Source: Octopus vulgaris
Lineage: Eukaryota
Direction: 5' to 3'
Length of the DNA stretch: 64,000 nucleotides
Assembly (NCBI GenBank): GCA_951406725.2
Contig: OX597843.1
Span: forward strand, 20,522,001 to 20,586,000
Under the pieces are notes generated by a model. That model was given only the letters and a program-made list of their open reading frames with translations. It searched no databases and was not told the origin of the DNA. The translations under genes and the position numbers were made by a program. Shown here in pieces: positions 40,198-54,097 of this stretch. Each line of letters begins with the position of its first letter. Positions within the stretch are counted from its first letter, which is position 1.

Positions 40198-40305
40198 ACA
40201 AGGAATAAGATCTCCACTGCAGAGAGACAAGGAATAAGATCTCCACTGCAGAGAGATAAGGAATAAGATCTCCACTGCAGAGAGACAAGGAATAAGATCT
40301 CCACT
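40198..40305 (+). repeat. 29-bp tandem repeat, about 3.7 copies
   Basis: Unit acaaggaataagatctccactgcagagag. Confidence 0.95.
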
Positions 40306-40722
40306 AATTACATTTATTTTTGACTGAGTATTCGTTTTCCTCTTCTCCCTATTTTCTTTCATATTTCTCTTCTACTAATTTCTTTTCCCTCTAAGCAGTT
40401 ATGAAAGCGAAAGCTCATTAGTTCACTTTATCTAAAGAGGAACGCAAGACTTCCTCGTTCATATTTGAATCTTTTGCATGTCTGCAGTCTTATTTGTATT
40501 TTATTCGTTCCCCAACTAGATGGCAGTATAACAACATGCCAGATGACACTCGAAATCTTTAGTCACACACAACTTTATCGATGTGCCTGATGGGATCCAG
40601 AATGATCGATGCTGCACAACACGTTGAACAGAGACCCACAAATAAAGGACAATAGCAAGACGGGTCGAAACGAATGTTGTACAGAATAAAATTTAATACC
40701 AGATCCATCATTTCGTTACTTA

Positions 40723-40956
<234 letters not shown>

Positions 40957-41008
40957 TTTTGTTCCACTTCTTCGCGCTGTTGTGGTTTTTTGTGCTTTCT
41001 TGTTTAGA

Positions 41009-41069
<61 letters not shown>

Positions 41070-41085
41070 GCTGGGTCAACCCGTG

Positions 41086-43020
41086 AAACCCACCGACTAA
41101 GCAATTTTCTAGACATCTACTGAAACCCTTGCTGAAATACATCAAAAGTTTCATTAGGGAAAAAAACAATTAATGAAGAAGCAACATTGGTCACCCTCGA
41201 TGTTATCAATCTTTACACCAACATCTCCCTTGACTTTGGAATAAAAGCAATTAAATTCTGGTTGGAAAAGTACTCGCGAAATGCATAAACCAGATTTTTA
41301 TAATTGAATCCTTAAAATTTATACTTCAGAACAATTATTTTCTATTTGATGACACATACTATTGTCAGAAATGCGGAAGTGCGATGAGGACGAAAGCAGC
41401 TCCTGTTCTTGCGAACCTAATAATGGGTTATTTTGAATTCACCTTATATGAAGTATCACTTCAGAAATATGGTTACCCTTTTACCTCTACATAAAAGAAA
41501 ATTGGAAGAGATACCTAGATGACTGCTTTATCGTCTGGAAGGAGAACATCGACAAACTCTTGGATTTCAAATCAACACTAAATGACATCAATAGTAACAT
41601 ATAATTCACAATGGAATATAACAAAGAACAAGTCCCATTTTCAGACATCATGATAAAAAAAGTTAACAATGAAATCATAACTGACATTTATTATAAACCA
41701 ACTGACTCAAAACAATATATTCTCTTTAACTTATGCCACCCGAAACACATCAAAGTAAACATCCCTTTCAATGTAGCAAAAGGGTTCTGCACAATAGTGT
41801 CTGATAGAACAACTCAGGACCTTTGTCTTTAAGACCTCAAAACAATACTTATTGAAAGACAATATCCAACCTCATTTATCGACGAAAGAATTAAACGTGC
41901 CAAACAATTAGACACAAAAATACTAAGGACAACAAAACATAACACCACACCTCAACTCAAAACAGTACTATTTATATCAACACACAACCAGAGAAACAGT
42001 GAGGCATTCAACATTATTGTGCAAACTCTTCCTTACAACTTCGTTTGCTATCTAGAGATCCAAAAATGAACGACATCCTGAAAACACACAAACTCATCAA
42101 ATGCAAAAAAAAAACAAGACAAATTGCTAAAGAGACTTCTAACAAATGCGAAGCTCTACAAAGCAACCACAAAACCAACAGTTGAAAAATGTGGACGCCC
42201 AAACTGTGGAAACTGCCCCAACCTGCTTGAAGGCTCGGACTTCCTTTTCAAACAAGGACAGAGGTTTACAATTAAAACTAGTTTCACTTGAGGATCTGAG
42301 AACCTAATTCATGTAAGAACCTGCTCGGGTTGAGGACACCACTATATTAGACAAACGAGTATGACCAGGAGAAAGAGAACCACTCTACATAAAGGGCAAA
42401 TCCGTTTCCCCGAATACAGAAAATTCCTCTCAGTGAACATATAGAAACTTGTGCCGGTAACATCAAACCAAATTTCACACACTTCCCTTTTTACCAGTGC
42501 AAAGACGCAATCTCTCAACTAGAGCGTTTAAATAAAGAAACTTTTTACGTTGAAAAAGGCAAACAAATGCCTTAATATCCACGCATAACCAACTGTTATC
42601 TTTTTTATATATTTCAATTCACGATTACATCACTGTACATAAATCCCCTACTAAACAAGTTTTTTGAAACTTGTCTGTCTGTACTCCTATATAATCCGCA
42701 CCCATTACCGAAAGCTAAACCGTTATCTCCCTTAGCCACAACAAAAACAAGAATAAAGACAACCAATAACCGCCCTTTATTTATCCACTTGTGAAGTCAT
42801 TCACTCGTGAATTTCATCACACACAACATGGACAAACTTTCTAAGAAAAAATATATATTCAAAAAAGTAAAATATAATATCATGAATAGCGATATCGAAA
42901 CTGGTCAATATATTAAAAATTATATTAAAACTATGTAAGTGTGCGTATTTTACTTTTTTAATTTCTTATATATATGACAACTCACCACGTGGGGATAATC
43001 GAAATTCCTCTTTTCTGTTA
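41086..43020 (+). mobile_element. Penelope-like element (Neptune-type), 5'-truncated, degenerate
   Basis: LDVINLYTNI, RYLDDCFI, YYKPTDSKQY..CHPKH, KCGRPNCGNCP linker, NLIHV.TC..HYIRQT (GIY-YIG-like). Starts at a (TA)n tract. Confidence 0.9.
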
Positions 43021-43036
43021 CTACAACTGCTACTAT

Positions 43037-43099
<63 letters not shown>

Positions 43100-43240
43100 A
43101 TATGAGAGGTAATATTGTCAAGGAGACCCAAATGTGTCAGTCAAAGCTGAGTTGTTGCTATGGACATGCAAATGAGGAGTCCAACTTAGGTCATATATTA
43201 ACATCTATATGTATAAAATCAACAGAAGGAATTAAAAATG

Positions 43241-43476
43241 CAAGGCTGTGAAAGATTTAAGAACATTTCTAAAGAGAAGACGTTACAGCTGTTTCCGGGA
43301 TATTTATGTATCTCTTCAACGGAGACGGTGCGAGAAGATGGTTAGGCAATAGGTATTCTAGAATAACTGTTGCTTAACTATTTTCGCACACCGTCTTCGA
43401 TGAAAGAATATATAAAATATCCCTGGAACAGCTGAAAGACCTCTCTATAAAGGTTCTGAAATCTTTCACAGCCTTG
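43241..43476. mobile_element. Palindromic mini-pLTR (third family) with two decayed hammerhead motifs; paralog at 59870-60120
   Basis: Inverted arms centred on tattctagaata; arms read cgtct (C/T)CGA(T/G)GA A.(G/A)ATA-loop-TATCCC.G GAAACAGCTGTA with palindromic stem III CAGCTG. Confidence 0.7.
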
Positions 43477-43806
43477 GACATTTATCTGATTCATTTATAT
43501 ATATATATATAAAAATATACATATATATATATATACAAACACACACACACACACGCACACACACACACACATACAGATATATATATACATAAAAATACAT
43601 ATATGTATGTATAAATGAAAGTGTATGTGTTTATCCATGATTGCTTACGAATTTCAATTTCAAATTTCTCAATCTCGAATTATAGGTTGTCCATAAATAG
43701 TGGACCTGGATTCCGTAAAGCTATTTTTTCTATATGAAATACCTATTTTCTAGTTTCTCGGCCTGAGAAACAGTAGAATTATCCGATCAACGACTAGTAT
43801 TACTGG

Positions 43807-43846
<40 letters not shown>

Positions 43847-43852
43847 GCGTAT

Positions 43853-44705
43853 ATACGCGGTAGTATCAAAATTTCACAGACAAACTCCATAGCGCGCCAA
43901 CGCTTGGATGCACACAATTGTAAGCACGGTGATAGCGAGCAGTGACCTTCATGAAGCAGTATGCTGAGTAACATCGATGTGTAAACTTCACACGATGTGG
44001 AATTTGTATTTTTGTGATGACGTGTATGAACAGGACGGGTATGGAAGAAAGAACAAACATGAAATTTTACGTAAAAATTGGGAAGTCTGCTATAGAGAGA
44101 TGGAGCATGCATCGGCAAGCTTATAGCGACGAGACAATGGGTCGTACATAATGTTTCAAGTTCACAGGTGTACGAGAGAATGACAGCTTAATCAAGAGAA
44201 TTTTCAATATTGTTTCTACATCATCGGGTTGTGCATTGAGAATTCGATCCCCAAGTCCAAAGCAGAGATCAACTGCGACATTTTAAAGCTTTTCAAGGAT
44301 GACATTCGAGAAAACTGACTGGATTTGTGGTGCGCGAATTATTGGATTTTTCACAACGACAATGCACTCTGTCACCACACCCGTGGGTTTCTTGCCATGG
44401 GCAACATGCTATCGCTTCCGTGCATGTCCTTTTTGCCAGATTCAGCACCTGGTGACCTCCATCTCTTCCCCAAGATGAAAATACAGTTCATAGATCGAGA
44501 TAAATAGGAAATTTAACACCGTTGTTGAGATCAAGACGTCCTCAAGAGGCCGGATACCAAAAGTGTCAAGAAAGCTGGATCGGTTGTATTCGAAAAGCTT
44601 GCTGGTGTATACCTGCACAAGGTGACTTTACCGAAGGCGATGAAGTTAATATAAGTTAGTTTTATTAAACATAACTCATCCAGGAACATTACGATGCCAC
44701 TTTGT
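43853..44705 (+). mobile_element. mariner-like DNA transposon, internally deleted
   Basis: [19 protein letters not shown] (HTH), HNDNALCH, PDSAPGDLHLFPKMK; degenerate TA-flanked TIRs. Confidence 0.8.
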
Positions 44706-44856
44706 ATGTATACGATGGGTTTCTTTTAGTTACCTTGAACAAATATACACGAGTTTGTTGTGCTGTAAGCCAGAGTACACGCAGTGGGACTGAATACAGT
44801 AGAAAATATTATATCACATTTATGCCAACACCTAATCGCATGCACATATATATATA

Positions 44857-45729
44857 TACAGGTTGCAACGCGAAATTGTCACCATTACCTTTTTAATTTC
44901 GCGCATGCGCCTTCTTTGTTTTTGACTTTTGTCTACCTCTCAGTATAGTATGATCAGTTGGGTACCGTCTGTGAGAAAAACAGCACCATGGCGTAATTCC
45001 CTCTGCCAGAAATTTTGGAAACGACATGCTGTACTGCTTGGCATCCGTGCCGAAAGATCTAATATGAACATTTCAGAGTGTTTGGGTGTCAGTCTGAGGA
45101 ATGTGCAATCCAAGGACGTGTACTGAGAGAGATAAAAATCAAACATCCATTCAACATCATGGTGTTTGGAGTGATCACTAGTGATGGTGACATTATGCTT
45201 TCATTCACGGTTTCAGACTCAATACGGAGGCCTACATCAAGTCCCTGGAGAAGGTAGTGCTTCCCTGGAGCAAAGGGATAGCTGATGGAAGATCCTATCT
45301 CTGGCAGCAAGACTCTGTACCATGCCATACAACCAGGAGAACCCAGCCATGGCTGTCAGACAAATTCTGCGACCACATCACCCCTAAAATCACGCCATCT
45401 AACTCCCCAGGCTGGAACCCCTTGATTATTATGCGTGGGACGCAGTTGACTGAGAGGTCAACAAAACCCCTTGTAACATCAAAGATAAACTGAATACAAG
45501 GATTATGGCAGTATTCACGAAATTAAACAAGTTGACCGTCCAAAAGAGTTTCAAGAGATTCCGAAGCTGACCGGAAGACGTGGTTGAAGCCAATAGCGAA
45601 TTTATTGAAGACATTTACTTTCAAGATGCTTTTTCTGTTATTTTGGTAAATATACCTGTTAAAATGGGATGTCAGTTTTATTTTCATTTTTGCATAATTT
45701 AGACGACACTATATTTACCGTACCCTGTA
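44857..45729 (+). mobile_element. Tc1/mariner superfamily DNA transposon (possibly DD37D/maT-like), internally deleted
   Basis: TIR-like tacaggttgcaacgcgaaat / atttaccgtaccctgta; MVFGVITSDG, WQQDSVPCHT, SNSPGWNPL-DY. Confidence 0.8.
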
Positions 45730-45733
45730 CAAA

Positions 45734-45767
<34 letters not shown>

Positions 45768-45789
45768 TTCTGTGTGTGTGCGTGTGTGT

Positions 45790-48330
45790 TTTGTGTGAGG
45801 ATGCTCTTGAGTGCTACTGGTAAATCCTCCAATAGATGATACACAAGATAGCAATCCCTCCACACTATCTATCAAAAACCGCATTATCCACATATGGAAT
45901 GAAAAACGTAAAGCCAGAAACTTTTCTTTCTGCAATACGATTAAAAACAACCACAAGACAGAAATCTAGGAACGCTGGCTAAACTCTACACCAATAATTT
46001 TGCCTCGTAAATTCCAACTTAAACGTATTCCAAAGAAGCCGACAAAGGAAGTGCGGTAGTAGTGATGAATACAGAATACTACAAATATTTAACACTTTCC
46101 ATGTTGGAAAATAATATTTACTATTAGAAGTTAATACAATACAACCCACAGAAAACACTGAAAAACTTGCCCTCCTTACTCAAAATTCATGGAAAGGGTC
46201 TCACTAAATTTGAAATAGACTTTTTACCCAATTTTAAATACGGACCCAGTCTATTCTACGGATTACCCCCCCCCCAAATAAAATATCCTCACATTTGTGA
46301 AGCCTGCAAAGTCTCTACAAGCCTATGCATTAATGTCCCTTCCTCTACTGACCTCAAAATGAGACCCATCATAGCTGGGCCTTCTTGTGAAACCCACCGT
46401 TTCAGCAATTTCCTCGACATCTAACACAAAACGTTTTTTTAAAAATATGTGAAAAGCTTTATCAGGGATGACCTAGACATGCTGAACCACCTCCCGAATA
46501 CATTAAAGGAAGGAACCATGCTGGTGTCTTTCGATGTGGTGAATCTGTACACCAATATCCCACATGAGTATGGTATAGAAGCAATCACATCCTGGCTAGA
46601 AAAATACCCAGAAGAGATCCCAGGATACATAAACCACAGATTGATAATCGAAGCACTCAAATTCGTCCTGCTGAAAAACTATTTCATGTTCGATACAACT
46701 TACTATCGAAAACAATGTGGAATTGCAATGGGAACCTGAGCTGCTCCAGTGATTGCAAACCTTGTAATGGGTTACCTAGAACTGAAGTTATACTAATCAT
46801 CACTAGAAAATTATGGCGCCTCTTTTAATTGCTATTTAAAGGAGAATTGGAAGAGGTATTCGGATGATTGCTTCATACTTTGGAAAGACAGCATGGACAA
46901 ACTCCTTGATTTGAACGTAATGCTTAACAACATACATAGCAATATACAATTCACTATGGAACACAACAGTAAACAACTCCCTTTTCTAGACATGATAATT
47001 AAAATAGTTAACCACAACATAGAAACAGATATCTTTTATAAATCGACAGATTCTAAACAATACCTATTGTTTGCCACCCCAAACACATAAAAATTAATAC
47101 ACCTTTTAATCTGGCGAAAAGAATCTGTACCATAGTTTCGGATACATATATTCTTGAACAAAGACTTCTTGAACTTAGATCAACACTAACTAAAAGACAT
47201 TACCCAATCTCATTAATAAATTATGGCATTAGAAGAGATCAGGAAATAGATATACAAATATTAAGGCAAGCCAGCCGAAATTATAAACCAGACTTAAAAA
47301 TACTCCCGTACATTTCCACACATAACCCTAGAAACATCGAAGCCTTCAATATTATCACCCAAAATCTTCTCATCCTCACAGAAGACAAAACAACGAACGA
47401 AATTTTAAGCTCATACAAAATTTATAAAAAGCAAACTACAACCCAAGTCACTGAAAAAGTATTAACCAGCGTAAGACTATATCCACTAACAACAGAGCCA
47501 AAAGTGAAAAAATGTGGTCGTCTCAACTGTGGAACATACCGCAACGTTTTGGATGGTTCATAATTCCTCTTCAAGCAGGGTGAAATATTTAAGATCAAAT
47601 CAAATTTCACCGGACACTCTGAAAATCTAATCTATACCATGACTTGCTTAGGATGTGGTAAGCACTATATTGGACAAACAGGAATATCCCTCCGTCGAAG
47701 AACCACCATGCAAAAGGAAGAAATTCTCCACCCACAATACAGACAGTGACAGCTTAGTGAACACATAGAAAGGTGTGCTAGGATTCCTAATCCTAATTTC
47801 CAAATTTTCCACTTCTATCAATGTTCACAGAACACCTCAATGCAACAAAGGTTGAATAAAGTGACAATTTCCATCAATAAATATATTCCCCAACTGAATA
47901 TAAACACACAACTTAATACAGAACACTACTATCCCTTCAATTAACACCATAAACACCAATACATTCCTTACACCATTCACATTAAAATTCTATATCGAAC
48001 CTTACTGCACAAAATCCAGAACAACTTACCTCCCTTACAAATAATCTTTTTATTCAGGCGCTATTAGACCTAACACCGTTCATTAGCCGGCGTTCATTCA
48101 AAGCAATGAATAGCTTATGACGAAAGCATGGTATGCTTTCTGACTCTTTATTCATCTCATAATAATGACTTTTATGACTCTTATTACTACCTCAGTCCAT
48201 CTAAACGTATATATATGTCGTTAGCTTTCATAAAAAGCTTTTTCTTGTTTTATTTACAATGTGCATTTTCGTTGATTTTTCATATTTTCCCCTTACATTT
48301 ACACGTGTATTTCCTAATTTCTTCTTGTAA
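45790..48330 (+). mobile_element. Penelope-like element (Neptune-type), degenerate
   Basis: KEADKGSAVVVMN, MRPIIAGPSCETHR, SFDVVNLYTNIP, GIAMGT, RYSDDCFI, KCGRLNCGT, NLIYTMTCLGCGKHYIGQT, PQLN. Confidence 0.93.
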
Positions 48331-48338
48331 CATACTTC

Positions 48339-48382
<44 letters not shown>

Positions 48383-48383
48383 C

Positions 48384-48439
<56 letters not shown>

Positions 48440-48961
48440 GTACATACATACAGACATACATACATGCATTGCATACATACTACATACATGTATACATACA
48501 TACATACATACTTACATATATACATACATACATATATACACATGTATTTTCTATTTTCTTCTTGTAACATATTTCTAATATATATATCTATATATATATA
48601 TATATATAACATATTTCTCCTATATATATATATATATGTATATATATACACTCATACATACATATATACATACATATATACAAACACACATACATACAGA
48701 AATGCATACGCTATATATACCCTACATAAATACGGGTGCATGTGGTCTTTTATGTGTTTTTAGATCTACGAGCCTCTGAAACTTTTCGTCCTGTAGTAAA
48801 ACGAATTTGATATCCGAAATCCGATTCCCAAGGTAAACATCGTCCATAAAATATAATAAATATCATAATCCTCCACGTGAAATAACCCAACTTTGAGATC
48901 TCAACCTCCCACTCTATATCTTTCACTACCCATGTATTTTATATTTACCATACTATTTGAT

Positions 48962-48963
<2 letters not shown>

Positions 48964-49028
<65 letters not shown>
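48964..49028. repeat. (CT)n microsatellite
   Basis: Direct inspection. Confidence 0.95.
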
Positions 49029-49032
<4 letters not shown>

Positions 49033-49500
49033 GTGAATTAAAAATCAATCATTGCTTTCATTTTGTTTAAAATCTCTCCTACTTCTGTTTTATGATACAA
49101 GTGTTCAAACACAAACAGCTTAGCTTCCAAATCTTGTTTTCCAATGGGGTAAAAATGATAAAACTTTGAACCTCTGATGTGTTTTCTAAACTTTGTCTCG
49201 AATAAATCAAACATTTCCAAATTTCCACATACTTTTCAAATTTCAAATTCTGTGACACAAAGCGAAAAGTTCGCGCTCTAATTGCTTATTTCTTTCCTTT
49301 TCTCATAGTAAACCTTCCCACACTTTATGAAAGTATACCGCTCACACTATCGTGTTCCCAATGTGTGTCGTGTTCCTAATATATATATAGGTGGGTCTGT
49401 GTGTGTGCCATTGTGTCTGCGTGCGTGGATGTAAGAATGTGTTCGTATTTTTGTGCGTTATCGTGTGTATACGTATGTGCAGAAGAATTATACGCATAAA

Positions 49501-49541
<41 letters not shown>

Positions 49542-50058
49542 GCATACGTATACCCATGCATACCAGTATATATCATATATACACACTCACACATATACAC
49601 TCACACATACATATATATAGAGAGAATATTATCTTCCAATTATTCAAGTCATTAATCAGCAACCATCCTGGCAACCCTCCTAGAAAGTATTTTATTCGAA
49701 TATATTTTCCACGGTATTTAAATTTTGAAAGTCTGTTAATTATTATATCGGTTTCTTTTGAGGAACTGTTAAGTGACGGGGATGGAATATCTCCAGAGAC
49801 TAATACAACAACTATAATCAAAGCTCACACACACACATACACCCATGTATATATGTATATACATAAGACAGGCCTCTTTCAGTTTCTGACAACAAAATCT
49901 ACTCACGACACGAAGATATGGAATTGGACACTTGGTGAAGGCAGCTCGTATTAACAATGACCCCTACACCATGTGGTTGGAAATCAAGCTTCTTATTACG
50001 CAGACACGCCATTGACTTTATACACACATACACTTATATAGATATACATATATATACC

Positions 50059-50209
50059 TTATTTAAAGCAGCAGAAAATTCAACAAAACCTGTTACTCTG
50101 AGTTTCCCGTTGCCGTTCATCGGACAGTTTTTGCTAGACACTGTCTGATGAACGGCAACGGGAAACTCAGAGTAACAGGTTTTGTTGAATTTTCTGCTGC
50201 TTTAAATAA
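50059..50209. repeat. 70-bp near-perfect hairpin made of two divergent hammerhead-bearing arms
   Basis: 50059-50128 is the reverse complement of 50140-50209 with one mismatch; 11-nt loop ttttgctagac. Confidence 0.95.
50140..50179 (+). ncRNA. Minimal type I hammerhead ribozyme motif (PLE-type)
   Basis: CTGT CTGATGA ACGGCAACGG GAAA CTCAGAG TA ACAG: stem I CTGT/ACAG, canonical core, near-palindromic stem III, GUA site; stem II imperfect. Confidence 0.7.
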
Positions 50210-50280
50210 AGCATATTACTCTACCAATGGTATTCGAGTACTCTTTTTTCCACCTTGTTTCACATTAATGTGTTTACTCC

Positions 50281-50365
<85 letters not shown>

Positions 50366-51215
50366 ATATGTATGTATTGTACGCTCAAGTGGTCACACCT
50401 GTTTTATCCTGTTTTAAACACCTACATATTGGACTCACTACTGCCTGAACTTTCTGCACCTCTCCGATTCTACATATCTGCACTCTACCCGATTGCCACT
50501 GGATATAATTATGGATCTCACGGGACACATCTGTTAATGAAAATTCCCTCCAATACACTACAACTTTTAATCCTTTTTCAACTTCTGTGATTTCCTCATT
50601 TTCTTTACTTTTGAAGATCGTAGGGCCGAAACATAAAGCCCTTTCTCACTTTTCGGAGTGTCAAACTAATACACACCTTGTTCATATATCTGTGTTCGTC
50701 TTTTGTTTTTCTGCAAATTTCAACTATGTATATATATATATATATCTATAGATGTATATATATATATATAAATACAGTGTACATTTAAACACATAAGAGG
50801 TATCCGTCATAGGATTCATTGCACGCTAGAAGGAACAGCTAAAATCCAAACCGCTATTAGGGATAATCATCGAAGGGAATGAAAATTATAAAACATTTAC
50901 CTCTGTCTCCTAGACAACGGATTGAGACATTTTTTTAGCAAATATACTTATTTGCTAGGCGAAGTCTTCACCAGCAGGTACGCCTATATTAAAACATATA
51001 AGCATGAGGCAATCCAACATTGCCTCTTATGTGATACCTCTTATGTGTTTAATTATGTTTAAATGTGTTTAAACACATACGACGAATACCTCTTATGAGT
51101 TTGAATGTACACTGCATTTATATGATTAATATATAGGCTATTGACAATATTTTTACACATTAGGCCACTGGTAGTACAGATTCTAAGCTTTTTTATTACC
51201 CTGTTATTGTTAATT

Positions 51216-51216
<1 letters not shown>

Positions 51217-51292
<76 letters not shown>

Positions 51293-51308
51293 CAGATTGA
51301 TAGATAGA
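51217..51308. repeat. (GATA)n microsatellite
   Basis: Direct inspection. Confidence 0.95.
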
Positions 51309-51309
51309 C

Positions 51310-52525
51310 ATGTTTCTTTACAAGCCACAAAGAGCTGCACACAGGCGGGAAAGATTACAATGTAGAGCTTTTCTTCTTTTAGGAAATAAAAGGTGGGGTA
51401 GGTATTCGATAAAAAGAGATCGTAAAAGGGAAAGAAGAAGTTGAAAAAAGGAAAAGAAACAAAAGAAAAAAAACGAGTAGGGATCGTGTATCACAGTGTC
51501 ATGATGTATGGTGTAAAGGGGGAAGCAGATAAGGTTTAACCGTGGGAAGAAAAGCCCACGGAAAGACCACGGTAACCTCGGACAATATTGTTACCTGTTA
51601 CCACATTTGTTTTCAAGTAACCCTCTGTTTCAAATTTCCGGTTTCATAGGATTATGCTCAAGCTGGCTTCGTCATTCATTCGTGCCATCCTTGCTACATT
51701 CACCCATCTTTTTTAAAACATTCGCTAGACAAAACTTGCCTCTCTGCTCTCACTTCCTTTTCAAGTGATACTTGAAAATGTTGATGAGAGATTGACCAGA
51801 GAGGAAAGTGTTTGTCTCTAATCCTTTCAGACGCGTCCACCAGATACATTCTTTCGCCATATGATGAAAATAGCTCTTCCTTCCTGTTTGAAGGACGGAG
51901 GCGTGACAATATTGACAATAGACTCGGCTGTTAAACCGACTCGTCCCACACGGGACAGCAGTTGTTCGACATAAGCCCACAGGTCGGTAATGGTTGGACA
52001 CTGCACGAAAGCGAGCAAAACGGTATCGTTGCTCTGACCCCATCTCGGGCTGGTCGGCCCCGTGTTCCTCGAGCCGTGTCTATAGAGCTTATCCTGAAGA
52101 GGTAGCGCTTCTCGGTAGCACTGCCAGGCCAAAGATCTCTGGATGTTGTCAATGGGCCCTGGCCCGAAAGTCGTCCTGAACATGCGGATCAGGTATTCCT
52201 CGTCAAAGTCCAGGTTGGCCCCGAGCTCGTCGTCGTACCTCACCTCCACTAATCCCCTATAGAATGCTTGGGTTGTGTTGAAGTCCCTCATATTCGATCC
52301 GGGACGGCAGAGTTGCTTGAGAGCAACGTGACACGCGCGGTGCCATTCGCCCTTCCTAGGCCTCTTTTTGATCCACGACTACATCTGTTCACCGTCGTTT
52401 ACGTAGAGCCTGAGATATATCAGTCTCAGCGCGTGTCTGCGCATCATCGTCCATCGTCCATGGTGGAGAAAGTGTCAGCAGAGGTTCACCATTACCTTTG
52501 GCCGGAGCCACGTTGAGCTGAGGTG
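51310..52525 (-). mobile_element. Tx1/L1-clade LINE 3' fragment (zf-RVT region plus 3' UTR)
   Basis: RSLAWQCYREALPLQDKL..PTSPRWGQSNDTVLLAFVQCP...LWAYVE, a decayed C..C...ET..H.F..C pattern. Confidence 0.75.
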
Positions 52526-52539
52526 TTCAGCTCATAAAC

Positions 52540-52620
52540 AAACATCTCATAATCTGAGATTCGAAACCGCGATCCCTCGAGCGCGAGACTGCTGCTCTAA
52601 CCACTAGAACTTGTGCCTCT
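52540..52620 (-). mobile_element. tRNA-derived SINE head
   Basis: Minus strand: ctagtggttagagcagcagtctcgcgctcgagggatcgcggtttcgaatc; same family as 56150-56440. Confidence 0.7.
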
Positions 52621-52889
52621 CTCTCTATATATATATGCTCGTGTGCCTCCATATATATATATATATATATATATATTGCTCGTGTTTTCCGTGTTGAAGT
52701 TAAACCCACCTCTGGCCTTGTATTGAAATCTTCTATATTCCCTCTACCAACTGTTACCAATTAAGATGTTATATCTGATTCGGCAGGGATTTTATCCGCT
52801 TAACGCTTTCGACATATTCCTCCATACCGGACCGTCTGAAATCGCAGTGAAACGTTTGGGTGTACTTCGACACATTGAGAGTGATGTCT

Positions 52890-53950
52890 GTTTATTTCTT
52901 TCCACTTAATGTCTCTCTCGGTACAAAATTTATCAGCGTGTCCACTCTCAGCAAAATCCGAAGAAAAGTGGTAAGGTTATGTCATAAAATAGAATCCATT
53001 TGACCATTTACATGAAAATATTCCATTGCCATTTAAATCTCAATACATCTTATAAATAATCGACGTTTCATATGTGGAAGTGCTTAATTTTACTCACTGT
53101 TCAATTTTCTTCAAAATCAGTTCATTATTTTATTGTGAATGATTTTGACGATTGCTGCCTTTCATCATTTTAATTTTAATTCTACTTCATGACTCCGGCC
53201 ATAAATTTTACCTAAAAGTCAAAGTTTATCAAAATCGGATGAATTGTGTAAAAGTTACAGCATAATATACTAATCCTATGGGTAACTGCATACAAAAAGC
53301 CTATTGATATTTTAAAAATCTCTCTCTCACACGCAGTTATCGATTTTTGTCAACTCTTAATGCTGATATCAACTAATGGACATGAACTGTAATCACGTGT
53401 AAAATTCCTACAAAATCGTTAAGAATGTCTGTAAAGAAATGCTTATGTACATTTGTACCCTTTTCGAGCTCTTTTGAATTAAATACATACATTTCCCGTA
53501 TCCCCCACCAATCATTTACCTACACTTCATATTTCATTAAAATCGGATGAAAAATATGTAATTTACGGCCAAAAATAAATCCCCTATGGGTATTTAGACG
53601 CAAAACGTCTATTGATTTTATAAAACCACTGCTCCGGCGCAATTACCATTTTTTTTCTCAACGTCATATACTGAAATCAACTCACTGCCATGAGCCTTGC
53701 TCACTCATCGATTTTCATTGAAATTGGACAAAAAATGCAAAAGCTGCTGGGAAAATAACATCGTTTTGGGAATATGCGAGGTTAATGAACACAATTTTAA
53801 AATGTCGCCATTGTTTTCAAATTACGTTTCACATTTTGTTTGAAAAAAAGTGTGGATTACAATGGTGATCACCGATTTCCAAAATTTTTCATTCAAAACT
53901 TTTGTTAATGCGTCGTTCAAAAGCATTGGCCAAAATCGGTACCGATTGGG
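52890..53950 (+). repeat. Interspersed repeat with degenerate internal units (aaaatcggatga..cctatggg..ctattgat)
   Basis: Motif set recurs at ~53230 and ~53540; paralog at 13945-14610. Confidence 0.75.
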
Positions 53951-54097
53951 ATTGGGGATTTGAAAAAAATGAAAACACATTCAAACAATTTTTAAAGAGC
54001 TTCCTGCCATCATTTCAAACGTTGAGGTGAAAAAAAATTTGAAAATCATCATCAGAACGAGTGCAGGAGTGGCTCTGTGGTAAGTAGCTTGCTTACC

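Noticed and set aside
40198-40305. CRISPR-like 29-bp repeats
   Set aside because: Contiguous tandem units with no spacers, eukaryotic context, no cas genes.
48128-50590. ORFs of 111-211 aa
   Set aside because: Dominated by YIYI microsatellite translation and pLTR/SINE debris.
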